Source: Armatimonadia bacterium
Lineage (GTDB): Bacteria; Armatimonadota; Zipacnadia; Zipacnadales; UBA11051
NCBI GenBank assembly: GCA_039683575.1
Contig: JBDKRC010000150.1
Location: forward strand, 1-28,750
Length of the DNA: 28,750 bases
Direction: 5' to 3'
Below are positions 17,250 to 25,678 of the stretch, one piece after another (positions within the stretch are counted from its first letter, which is position 1; each line of letters begins with the position of its first letter). The notes beneath the pieces are model-generated. The model saw only the letters and a program-made list of their open reading frames with translations, made no database searches and was not told the DNA's origin. Both the position numbers and the translations under genes were made by a program.

Positions 17250-18176
17250 ATGGGACGAATCTTCAATGACATCACCGAGACAATCGGGAACACGCCACTG
17301 GTGAGGCTGGGGAAGGTAGCCGCGGGGCTTCCTGGCGAGGTTCTGGGGAAAGCGGAGTTCTTCAACCCCTTGTCGAGTGTGAAGGACCGGATCGGACTGA
17401 GCATGATTGAGGCGGCGGAGGCTGAGGGGAAGATCGGGCCGCAAACGACGATTATCGAGCCGACAAGCGGCAATACGGGCATTGCACTGGCGTTTGTATG
17501 CGCGGCGCGAGGCTACAGGCTGATCCTGACAATGCCGGACTCCATGAGCATTGAGCGACGACAGCTCGTGGCGGCGCTGGGGGCGGAGGTGGTCCTGACG
17601 CCTGCGGCTGAGGGCATGCAGGGCTCCATAAACCGCGCGAATGAGTTGGCCGAGGAACTTGGGGATGCCTTCATACCGTTGCAGTTCAGTAACCCCGCGA
17701 ACCCCGAAGCCCACCGGAAGACTACCGCCGAGGAGATCTGGCGCGACACAGACGGCGCGGTGGATGTGATCGTGGCCGCGGTGGGCACCGGCGGGACCAT
17801 TACCGGGATAGCAGAGGTACTCAAAGAGCGCAAGCCGGGCGTCAAGGCCATTGCAGTCGAACCCAGCGCCTCGCCGATGCTCTCGGGGGGCAAGCCGGGG
17901 CCGCACAAGATCCAGGGGATCGGCGCCAATTTCATCCCCGAAATCCTGCGGCGGGACCTGCTGGATGAGGTTATCAAGGTCGAGAACAACGATGCCTTTG
18001 AGATGGCGCGGCGGCTGGCGCGCGAGGAGGGTATCCTGTGCGGCATCTCAGCGGGGGCGAACGTGTGGGCGGCAATGCAGGTGGCGGCGCGGGCGGAGAG
18101 CGAGGGGAAGGTCATTGTGACGATACTGTGTGACACCGGGGAGAGGTACCTGAGTACCGAGTTGTTCAAAGCGTAG
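17250..18176 (+). CDS. cysK: Cysteine synthase A (O-acetylserine sulfhydrylase)
   Basis: IGNTPLV, SVKDRIG (PLP Lys), [30 protein letters not shown]. Confidence 0.97.
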   Translation: MGRIFNDITETIGNTPLVRLGKVAAGLPGEVLGKAEFFNPLSSVKDRIGLSMIEAAEAEGKIGPQTTIIEPTSGNTGIALAFVCAARGYRLILTMPDSMSIERRQLVAALGAEVVLTPAAEGMQGSINRANELAEELGDAFIPLQFSNPANPEAHRKTTAEEIWRDTDGAVDVIVAAVGTGGTITGIAEVLKERKPGVKAIAVEPSASPMLSGGKPGPHKIQGIGANFIPEILRRDLLDEVIKVENNDAFEMARRLAREEGILCGISAGANVWAAMQVAARAESEGKVIVTILCDTGERYLSTELFKA

Positions 18177-18263
18177 GGCGGCCAACAGCCGCCATGGAGT
18201 ACCGGCCCCTCGTGGCCGTGCGCGATAGTCTCGGATTTTGTGCCTGAAGACAGGGAGTTGCCC

Positions 18264-18977
18264 ATGTTCGGACGACTACGTGAGGATATTCAGACGGTGT
18301 TCGCCAAGGATCCTGCGGCGCGAAGTACGCTGGAGGTCTTGCTCTGCTACCCCGGCCTGCATGCGATCTGGTACCACCGGGTATCGAATTGGTTCTGGCG
18401 GCATGGCTTCAAGCTCACCGGGCGACTCATCTCCCACTGGGGCCGGGGGCGCACCGGCATTGAGATACACCCCGGCGCTACCATCGGGCGGCGGTTCTTC
18501 ATTGACCACGGCATGGGTGTCGTGATCGGCGAGACGGCGGAGATCGGTGAGGATGTCCTGATGTACCACCAGGTAACACTGGGCGGGACGTCGCTGGAGA
18601 AGAAGAAGCGTCACCCGACCATCGGCAACAACGTGGTCATCGGCGCGGGGGCGAAGCTACTGGGCGCGTTCGAGGTCGGAGAGGGCGCCAAGATCGGGGC
18701 GGGCTCGGTAGTCATCAAGGCAGTGCCGCCGGGGGCGACGGTAGTCGGCATACCAGGGCGGGTAGTCGAGGAGGCCAAGCCGCGGCCGGTAGTGGACCTG
18801 GAACATGCTGCGTTACCCGATCCGGTGGCCGAGGCGATCAGCAACGTCCTCAAGTCGCAGGAGCATCTGAACGAGTGCTTCGGGCAGTTGCAGCGTAACA
18901 TGACGAACATGGCGGAGACGGTGGCGAAGCATCATCCGGAGACCAAAGCGGAATCGGGCAACGGCGCCGTTGAGTGA
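18264..18977 (+). CDS. cysE: Serine O-acetyltransferase
   Basis: [41 protein letters not shown], hexapeptide repeats. ATG 18264 follows GGGAG. Confidence 0.96.
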   Translation: MFGRLREDIQTVFAKDPAARSTLEVLLCYPGLHAIWYHRVSNWFWRHGFKLTGRLISHWGRGRTGIEIHPGATIGRRFFIDHGMGVVIGETAEIGEDVLMYHQVTLGGTSLEKKKRHPTIGNNVVIGAGAKLLGAFEVGEGAKIGAGSVVIKAVPPGATVVGIPGRVVEEAKPRPVVDLEHAALPDPVAEAISNVLKSQEHLNECFGQLQRNMTNMAETVAKHHPETKAESGNGAVE

Positions 18978-19088
18978 GGCGGCGAACTGGGACCGGGCGA
19001 GAGTCCCCGCGCCGTTGGTTGCCATTCTCAGGGAAGCGGAGAGTTCCCGGCGTCCGCCCGGTGCTTGGCAGCGCGAGAGACTTCGCCC

Positions 19089-19772
19089 CTAGAAGTCTTC
19101 TTCTAACGGGGGGTTGACGACGATGCCAGCGGGGCCGGGCTGGCCATTGCGCTGGTCAAGCAGGCGGACCTTGCGCCCCTCTACTTGCAGCCGGCCCTCG
19201 GCGAACCATTTGATCGCCTGCGGGTAGATGCGGTGCTCCTGCTCAAGGATGCGGGCTGCGAGGTCGTCACCGCTGTCGGTGTCGAGAACGGGGACGACAG
19301 CCTGGATGATGATGGGGCCCGTGTCAAACTCGGCCTCGGCGAAGTGAACGGTGGTGCCGGCGATCTTCACGCCGTAGTCAACTGCCATTTGCTGCACTCC
19401 GACGCCGGGGAAGGCCGGGAGCAGGGCCGGATGGATGTTCATGACGGCCCGGGGATACGCCTCGAGCAGCCCTGGGCCCGTGATGCGCATATAGCCGGCG
19501 AGGCAAACAAGCTGGACGTCGTATTCCCGGAGCGTTTCGACCTGCTTGCGGTCGGCTTCTTCCCAACCAGGGGTGCCAGTTTTGGCAACCGGGATGTGTA
19601 TGGCGGGAATACCATAGCGCCTGGCGCGCTCTAAGGAAAAAGCATCCGCACGGTCGCTGATTACTACTACGACGCGCGCCGGGACCTTCCCGCTTTCGCA
19701 GGCGTCGATAATGGATTGAAGATCGGTGCCGCCGCCAGAGGCGAAGACACCGACACGAAGCAAGTCCGTCAC
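19089..19772 (-). CDS. purN: Phosphoribosylglycinamide formyltransferase
   Basis: VFASGGGTDLQ, LAGYMRI, NIHPALLPAFPG, GTTVHF, DTGPIIIQ, EHRIYP. True start is GTG 19772 after GAGGGAG; the ORF-track extension is spurious. Confidence 0.95.
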   Translation of the reverse strand: MTDLLRVGVFASGGGTDLQSIIDACESGKVPARVVVVISDRADAFSLERARRYGIPAIHIPVAKTGTPGWEEADRKQVETLREYDVQLVCLAGYMRITGPGLLEAYPRAVMNIHPALLPAFPGVGVQQMAVDYGVKIAGTTVHFAEAEFDTGPIIIQAVVPVLDTDSGDDLAARILEQEHRIYPQAIKWFAEGRLQVEGRKVRLLDQRNGQPGPAGIVVNPPLEEDF

Positions 19773-19908
19773 GTGATGGTACGCTCCCTCGATGAAACTG
19801 TGAGCGGAGGTTCCACGCCAAGGGATTGAGCACCTGCAGAGGCGGGGATCGGAAATCAGGAACCTCTGGGCAGCCACTGGACTGACCAGGGGAGAAAGAA
19901 GGGACCTG

Positions 19909-20400
19909 ATGAAAGGGCAGCAGTTGGCAAACGGAATCGTACGGACCGCGCTGATGGTACTGGTTGTGGCAGCCGCACTCCCGGCTCTGGCGCAGGAACA
20001 GGGCCAGCTTGAGACGCTGATGAATGCCACCGGCTTGAAGATGGAGAAGCTCGAGGCGGACACGTGGAAAGTGCCGTTCGACGGGGACAACGGCAAGACG
20101 CTTGAGGTCTACGTCACCTATAGCAACGATAAGAAGCTATCGGCCTTGATCTTCTGCACGGTGGTGGATCGAGACGCAAACTTCCAGTTCAACCGTGAGG
20201 TACTGGCGAGAGCCATGGTGATCAGCAACGATCAACCGTTCATCAAGATCGTGCTCGACGCCGATCACGGAGATCTGGACTGCCAGACGGAAGCATACAT
20301 GCCGACCTTGACCGCCGAGGCGCTGAAGATGTACCTGGATACGGTGGCGTCCATATCGGACCAGTACGGGGCAGAGTTGAACCAGCTCGCGGGGCAGTAG
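19909..20400 (+). CDS. YbjN/T3SS-chaperone-fold protein with signal peptide (paralog 1)
   Basis: Signal peptide ...LPALA-QE. Pattern 'L...M..SN..PF.K.VLD..GDL.....Y...LT...L..YL..VASI.D' resembles YbjN. Confidence 0.7.
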   Translation: MKGQQLANGIVRTALMVLVVAAALPALAQEQGQLETLMNATGLKMEKLEADTWKVPFDGDNGKTLEVYVTYSNDKKLSALIFCTVVDRDANFQFNREVLARAMVISNDQPFIKIVLDADHGDLDCQTEAYMPTLTAEALKMYLDTVASISDQYGAELNQLAGQ

Positions 20401-20480
20401 AAGATGAGGAGGAAAGCCCTCCCGGCGCGTGGAATAGTGTGGCGAGCGGCGGAGGGGAAGGCGCAGTCGGCAGAGAGGAA

Positions 20481-20972
20481 ATGATGAGGCAGATGATTGG
20501 AAGCAAACGAACAATATTCGCGTGCCTGCTCGGGCTTGTCCTGGCGGTTGGCACGGCCACGGCCGAGGAGCAGGAGCCACTCGCAAAGCTCCTCGGCACT
20601 TGCGGGCTCGAAGTAACCAAGATCGGGGACGATGCGTGGAACATCCCGTTCGACGTGGGCAAGGACAAGCCGTTGGATGTAATCGTGTCATACCACGACG
20701 ACGAGAAGAAGTTTGCGTTGATCTACACGACGGTCGTGGACCGCAAGGACAACTTCCAGTTTAACCAGAAGGTGCTGCAGGAGTGCATGAAGCTCAACGG
20801 CGAGTACCCGGTGGCGAAGCTCGCCCTCGATCCTCCCGCCGGCAACATTGACTGCGAGATACAGACCTACATCCCGGGCCTGACTGCAGAGGAGCTCAAA
20901 CTGTACTGCAGCTTTGTGGCGAGTATCGCGGATGACAACAAGGCCAATCTGGAGCAGTTGGCGGGGCAGTAG
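20481..20972 (+). CDS. YbjN/T3SS-chaperone-fold protein with signal peptide (paralog 2)
   Basis: Signal peptide ...GTATA-EE. Gapless alignment to paralog 1 (about 64/136 identical by manual count), both ending QLAGQ. Confidence 0.7.
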   Translation: MMRQMIGSKRTIFACLLGLVLAVGTATAEEQEPLAKLLGTCGLEVTKIGDDAWNIPFDVGKDKPLDVIVSYHDDEKKFALIYTTVVDRKDNFQFNQKVLQECMKLNGEYPVAKLALDPPAGNIDCEIQTYIPGLTAEELKLYCSFVASIADDNKANLEQLAGQ

Positions 20973-20996
20973 GGCTGCAAGCGGCGACAACAAAGC

Positions 20997-21025
20997 AAAA
21001 GGCCTCCGCGTGGCGGAGGCCTTTT
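20997..21025. terminator. Bidirectional intrinsic terminator
   Basis: AAAA-GGCCTCCGC-gtg-GCGGAGGCC-TTTT between convergent genes. Confidence 0.9.
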
Positions 21026-21065
21026 TGTTTGTCGGGTTGGGAGCGGGCGAGAGGCCCGCACCATG

Positions 21066-21473
21066 TTAGAAGGTCAGTTCCATGGCCCGCGGTGGGCAGC
21101 GGGGGACGCAGAGCTCGCACGCAATGCACTTGTCGGAGTCAAAGCCGACCTTCCTGGTCTCCAGGTCAATGAACAGGGCGTTGGTCGGACAGGAGGTGAT
21201 GCAGGCGCCGCAGTCGGTGCAACGCTGTTCGTTACGGACTACGTCGCGCGCGAGAGGCTGCACGATAACTCCCCGCTTCTTCAGGTTTCTGACGGCCGTG
21301 TCGAGCTTGCGATCCTCGCCGGTGAGGCCCAGAACCATAAGGCCCTCGCGGTCCGGCGTGATGCTCGCACGCAGGATACTGAAGTCCAGATCGTACGCCT
21401 TGACCGTCTCGGAGATGATCGGTTCGTCAATTAGTGTCTGCGGAAAGCGCAGAACCAGTCGCACTGTCTTCAA
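21066..21473 (-). CDS. NIL domain + 2x[4Fe-4S] ferredoxin (MA1822-like partner of homocysteine synthase)
   Basis: N-terminal NIL-like domain (EPIIS...YDLDFSILRASI) and two CxxCxxCxxxCP motifs. TTG start directly follows the upstream TAG, with SD AAGGAGG inside the upstream gene. Confidence 0.9.
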   Translation of the reverse strand: MKTVRLVLRFPQTLIDEPIISETVKAYDLDFSILRASITPDREGLMVLGLTGEDRKLDTAVRNLKKRGVIVQPLARDVVRNEQRCTDCGACITSCPTNALFIDLETRKVGFDSDKCIACELCVPRCPPRAMELTF

Positions 21474-22694
21474 CTAACCCACCTCCTTGACAGACTTGAG
21501 CGGGCGCTCGTTGAGTAGTTTGAACTTGACGTCAGAGTCGGCGGAAGGCAACGTCTCAACGGGCTCGGTCAGCAGGAACTGGCCGGTGTCGATCTGCGAC
21601 TTGAGTTCGAGAGCGATTTCTCGCGCCCGGGGGTAGCTGGACAGCGGGTTGGTCGGGATCGTCTTGCCCTCGACTTCGATGCTGCCGCTCTTCAGCTCCG
21701 CGTAGGAGATGTGCCCCAGTGGCCCACGCTCCCCGTACGCATAGCCGCGGCTGTAGTCAACCACGGGCGCGAGGATCTCCGCGTCGGAGACCGCAGTATA
21801 GCGGGCCATGTCGGCGTCGAGGATCGGGATCGGTATGCCGATGCCAAGCGCCAGCGAAACGCCGTAACCATACATGCTCACACCGACCACGTAGCGGGGG
21901 TTCATCGCTTTGAGGTCGCCGACCGTCGCGATGGTGCCGGCGCCGCCCTTAGGCACGCCGTTTTCACTGCGCGCGCTGGCGGGATCGTGCTGGGTGCCCT
22001 GCCAGAAGATATAGCCCTGCGCACCGCCGATGAAGATGCGCGACCCGATGCCGATGGTGCGGAAATAGGGGTCATTGAGCAGCGGCGAAAGCTGGCCGGC
22101 CGAGCAGTAGCCCGCCGAGCCGAGGCTCTTCTTGAGCACGCCCATGTAGGTATACAGGTCGCGGTCCTTTGAGAGGTTCACCGCGACATTGTAGTTCTGG
22201 TAGGCGTTGCGGGGGTTGCAGATGAACGCCTGGTTGAGGTCCTTAAGGCGCAGTAGCGTCTCAAGCTCGCGGCGCGGGTAGCAGTCCGTGCCGTAGCTCT
22301 CGGCACGCAGCAGCACATCGCGGCCCGCCACCAGGTCGGCGATGACGTGCGCTCCGCCGTAGCGGAACTCGCCCGGATGATTGCGGTTCAGCGGATCGCC
22401 CTCAACGACCTCTGTGGCGCCGATGTAGCAGTCCACAGCGGCGATGCCGGCATACGCGGGGACGTCGTTGAGCCACACCTTGCTCATCCTCATCCTGGGC
22501 TTGGTGTGCCCAAAGTTGAGGAAGGCGCCGGATGAACACATCGGGCCGAAGGTGCCGGTGGTGACGACGTCAACCGTCTTCGCAGCTTTCTTCGCGCCCT
22601 GTTCGGCGACTATGCCGATCATGTCCTCGGCGGTCACGACGACCGCCTGGCCATTCTTAATCTTCTCGTTGATCTCTGCGACTGTCTTAGCCAT
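21474..22694 (-). CDS. Homocysteine biosynthesis enzyme / L-aspartate semialdehyde sulfurtransferase (COG1900/DUF39, MA1821/MJ0100-like), without CBS domains
   Basis: KTVAEINEKIK.G.AVVVTAE, VDVVTTGTFGPMCSSG, GTDCYPR, NPRNAYQNY, GQLSPLLNDP, GIGIPIPILD; 406 aa. Confidence 0.92.
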   Translation of the reverse strand: MAKTVAEINEKIKNGQAVVVTAEDMIGIVAEQGAKKAAKTVDVVTTGTFGPMCSSGAFLNFGHTKPRMRMSKVWLNDVPAYAGIAAVDCYIGATEVVEGDPLNRNHPGEFRYGGAHVIADLVAGRDVLLRAESYGTDCYPRRELETLLRLKDLNQAFICNPRNAYQNYNVAVNLSKDRDLYTYMGVLKKSLGSAGYCSAGQLSPLLNDPYFRTIGIGSRIFIGGAQGYIFWQGTQHDPASARSENGVPKGGAGTIATVGDLKAMNPRYVVGVSMYGYGVSLALGIGIPIPILDADMARYTAVSDAEILAPVVDYSRGYAYGERGPLGHISYAELKSGSIEVEGKTIPTNPLSSYPRAREIALELKSQIDTGQFLLTEPVETLPSADSDVKFKLLNERPLKSVKEVG

Positions 22695-22712
22695 TCCTGG
22701 AGTTACCTCTCG

Positions 22713-22829
22713 TTAGGATGGCCGGGCGAAGGGATGCCCGGCGTCAAGTCGGCTGGGTCGGCGTCCCGCGGGACGCTGGCGCATGCCCATGGACATCACT
22801 CCGCCAGGTGATAGGTGCTGCCATCTCAT
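22713..22829 (-). CDS. Putative Met-rich leader peptide (38 aa)
   Basis: AAGGAGG (22846-22840), ATG 22829, MRWQHLSPGGVMSMGMRQRPAGRRPSRLDAGHPFARPS, TAA 18 nt before the COG1900 ATG. An in-frame ATG also lies at 22838. Confidence 0.5.
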   Translation of the reverse strand: MRWQHLSPGGVMSMGMRQRPAGRRPSRLDAGHPFARPS

Positions 22830-22893
22830 TTGGGTCATCCCTCCTTGCCACAGAGTTGCTGCGCGACATCGCGCAGGTATACCTATGTACGGT

Positions 22894-22922
22894 AGTGTAG
22901 CACTTTCTCAGACTAATGTACA
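22894..22922 (-). promoter_or_regulatory. Promoter of the homocysteine synthesis operon
   Basis: Minus strand TGTACA-N17-TACACT with extended TG, overlapped by inverted repeat GTAGTGTA-N19-TACACTAC (22892-22926). Confidence 0.5.
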
Positions 22923-22950
22923 CTACGTCGGTAGAGAAACTTCTGACGCC

Positions 22951-23670
22951 TCACAGCGTGACTAGTTCAAATTCGCCCCAAACGCCCATCGTGCCGCCGA
23001 TTATGCCCAGAGCCTGTAGCACTCCCGGCACGGTCCGAGCCCAGTCCAGAGCCTCCTGGATCGTGGCCGGGCTCTTGATGCGGTTGGTGAAGGCAGTGGC
23101 CACCGCGTCGGCGAGAGCCGCGTCAGCGGCGATAATCAGCCCCGCATCGGCCTTGCCGAGGCTCAGCGAATGGCCAACAGTCGCGGAACTGGTGCAGATG
23201 CCCAGGCGGCTGCCAGGTGGTATCCGGAGACCGACGCGGCCGCTGAGGCTGGAACTGCCCGCATGCACCGACACGATGCGCTCGGTCTTCGTGGAAAGAA
23301 AGATGTCGCCACCATTTTCGACAATGACCTGCGCCGAGTGCTGCAGCAGGGCGTCTCCTACATATTCCGCCACAACCCCGGCCACGGCAGCCATAGGCCC
23401 CACACCCGCGGCGGCGGTAGTCTCGTACATACGCTTGACCAGCGGCGTGGCGTCAGCAGGCGCCGACAGCGGCTCCAGGCTGGTCAGGAAGGCCCTGTTG
23501 CGCACGATCTCGCCCTGCACCTCGGCGCGAGCGGCCTTGACGGCAGCGAGGGCCTCGGCCGACAGATCGCGTGCGGCCGAGATATGCAGATCCGTCTCGG
23601 CCAGGCACACTCGGAAGCAGACGAGGTCCTGATGCTGCACTGTTTCGCGGTACGTGCGTCGCTCAAACAT
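22951..23670 (-). CDS. UPF0280 / COG2122 ApbE-like protein (MA1715-like, sulfide assimilation)
   Basis: ETDLHI, FLTSLEP, GVGPMAAVAG, IVENGGDI, GICTSSATVGHSLSLGKADA, ADAVATA. Start is likely ATG 23670. Confidence 0.9.
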   Translation of the reverse strand: MFERRTYRETVQHQDLVCFRVCLAETDLHISAARDLSAEALAAVKAARAEVQGEIVRNRAFLTSLEPLSAPADATPLVKRMYETTAAAGVGPMAAVAGVVAEYVGDALLQHSAQVIVENGGDIFLSTKTERIVSVHAGSSSLSGRVGLRIPPGSRLGICTSSATVGHSLSLGKADAGLIIAADAALADAVATAFTNRIKSPATIQEALDWARTVPGVLQALGIIGGTMGVWGEFELVTL

Positions 23671-23726
23671 GGCTTTCACATGTGACAAAACGCCCGGCGT
23701 GCGCCGGACGCATGGATACGGGAGGG

Positions 23727-23780
23727 ATAATAGCATTTGTAAGGGGTTGGGACAAGGGGGACAGGGATTTGTGCTATAAT
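23727..23780. promoter_or_regulatory. Divergent extended -10 promoters
   Basis: Minus: TGcTATTAT (23735-23727). Plus: TGcTATAAT (23772-23780), 7 nt before ATG 23788. Confidence 0.6.
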
Positions 23781-23787
23781 CCGCCCC

Positions 23788-24477
23788 ATGCCTGAGGACA
23801 TTGTCTCATTGAACGCAGATGATCTGGTGCTGTCGGACTTCGACGGCACTATCAGCCTGATTGACACCGGCATTGCCGTGATTGATGGGCTCGAGCTCAA
23901 GGGCGCGTGGGATATTGAGTACATGTGGCGGCGGGGGGAGATTGGCTCGATGGAGTGTCTCGCGCGGCAATGGGAGATGGTCAAGCTGCCGCCTGCGGAG
24001 CTCTACGAGTTCATTGACGCCCTGAAGCTTGACCCCAGGTTCCATGACTTCCTGGCCCTGGTGCACGAGCGGCAAGCCGGCATTGCGGTCCTGAGCGATG
24101 GACTGGACTTCTACGTGGACCGCCTGCTGGGGCGCGAGGGGCTGCGGGTGTGTGAGGATGACACCCAGTTGCGCGCGCCGGATTGTCTCGTCCGGTTCGC
24201 CAACGCCGCGACGATCACCGAGGAAGGCGTGAAGATCACCTTCCCGCACTGCAACGAATGCGGGCAGTGCGGCAACTGCAAGGTCGAGCACCTGTTTCGG
24301 CTGCGGCAGGGGTTCCGGCGGGTCATCTACATCGGTGACGGGCACTCAGACCTGTGCGCGGCCAGATACGCGGACGTGATCTTCGCCAAAGACGCGCTGG
24401 CGGAGGATTGCGTGCGGGCCGGCAGAGCGTACTACCCGTTCAAGGACTTCGGGGACGTAATCTCGGTGCTGACCTAA
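23788..24477 (+). CDS. MtnX-like HAD-IB family phosphatase
   Basis: Motif I DFDGTI, motif II LSDG, Cys cluster HCNECGQCGNCK, motif IV YIGDGHSD, ADVIFAK. Confidence 0.88.
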   Translation: MPEDIVSLNADDLVLSDFDGTISLIDTGIAVIDGLELKGAWDIEYMWRRGEIGSMECLARQWEMVKLPPAELYEFIDALKLDPRFHDFLALVHERQAGIAVLSDGLDFYVDRLLGREGLRVCEDDTQLRAPDCLVRFANAATITEEGVKITFPHCNECGQCGNCKVEHLFRLRQGFRRVIYIGDGHSDLCAARYADVIFAKDALAEDCVRAGRAYYPFKDFGDVISVLT

Positions 24478-24500
24478 GGGTTGCTCCTAACCTCGATTGT

Positions 24501-25499
24501 CTAGATCCGGTTATACCCCACCGCCGGGGCCATGTGGTTTGGTTGGTTCATCCACGGCTTGTAGATGTAGTCTGCAGTAAGCTCGGTCAGACAGTCCACA
24601 TCAGCCTGCTCAAGGCTGATCTCGCAAACGTCCATCAGCGGGTCGAGATGCTCGGCCTTGCTGCCCCCGACGATAGGCACGAACAACGGGTCGCGCGCCA
24701 TGATCCAGGCCGTGGCCAGTTGCCCCAGCGTGATGTTGTACTTCCCACACAGTTCCTGCATGACGTCCAGTATGCCGAAGACTTCCTCATTGCACCGGGC
24801 GCGAATGCGCGGGTTGATGTGGGTGCACATCTCCTCCGGAAAGCCCGTTTCGCGCGTGAACTTGCCCGCGAGGATGCCGCGCGCCTGGGGGCCGTAGCTC
24901 TGCAGCATCAGGTTAAAGCGCCGGGCCATCGGCAGGGTCTCGATCTCGACGATGCGGTCGATCATGTTGTAGGCCACCTGGACGGATACCGGCGGCTCCC
25001 AGCCGTTCTTGGCGCACAGGCCCAGCGCGTACGCGACCTGCCACGCGTAGGAGTTGCACATCGCGATATAGCGGATTTTGCCCTGCTTGACGAGATTGTC
25101 GAGCGTCGAGTACGTCTCCTCAAAGGGCGTCAGCGGGTCCGGGTGGTGGCACATGTAGATGTCGATATAATCGGTCTGAAGCTCTTGCAGGCTCTCATTG
25201 ATGGCATCAATGATGTGGTGGCGGGAGGTGTTGGCGCCCCGCCGCCGCCCGTTGTAGTTGCTGGCATATACCTTGGTGCTGATGACCATGTCCTGCCGCA
25301 GGCCCTTCATGATGCGGCCAAGCACCGCTTCACTTTCCTTGTACGAGTCTGCGGTATCTATGAAGTTAAGCCCCCTGTCATAGCAGCGACGCAGCAGGTC
25401 GGCGGCGTCCTTTTCCTCCATGGTGTTCACAAAGGTCATGGCGCCGAGACAGACGCGCGAGACCTCAAGGCCGGAGTTGCCGTATTTGGAGTATTGCAT
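24501..25499 (-). CDS. Aldo/keto reductase
   Basis: GNSGLEVSRVCLGAMTF, NFIDTADSY, ISTK, LQTDYIDIY..H.PD, GKIRY. SD AAGGAGG. Confidence 0.93.
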   Translation of the reverse strand: MQYSKYGNSGLEVSRVCLGAMTFVNTMEEKDAADLLRRCYDRGLNFIDTADSYKESEAVLGRIMKGLRQDMVISTKVYASNYNGRRRGANTSRHHIIDAINESLQELQTDYIDIYMCHHPDPLTPFEETYSTLDNLVKQGKIRYIAMCNSYAWQVAYALGLCAKNGWEPPVSVQVAYNMIDRIVEIETLPMARRFNLMLQSYGPQARGILAGKFTRETGFPEEMCTHINPRIRARCNEEVFGILDVMQELCGKYNITLGQLATAWIMARDPLFVPIVGGSKAEHLDPLMDVCEISLEQADVDCLTELTADYIYKPWMNQPNHMAPAVGYNRI

Positions 25500-25678
25500 G
25501 ATGAAGTGCCTCCTTGGAAATGGAGGGGCCGCGCTTTAGCCGGCCCAGGTGCGCCAATAGCAGAACGTGTCGTAGATAACGGCGGGCCGGCTGAAGCGCG
25601 GCCCCTCCGAACGGCAACGGCAGGTCCCCCGTCGGCGATGGCGAAGGTGCGCGCTACTTCTTCACCCGGGAGCCCCCA

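Noticed and set aside
19773-20096. N-terminal extension of PurN in the ORF track
   Set aside because: Overlaps the real plus-strand YbjN-like gene; PurN similarity and an SD begin at GTG 19772.
22721-22742. Intrinsic terminator in the homocysteine operon leader
   Set aside because: The GC stem has no U-tract on the minus strand, so classical terminator-type attenuation is not supported.
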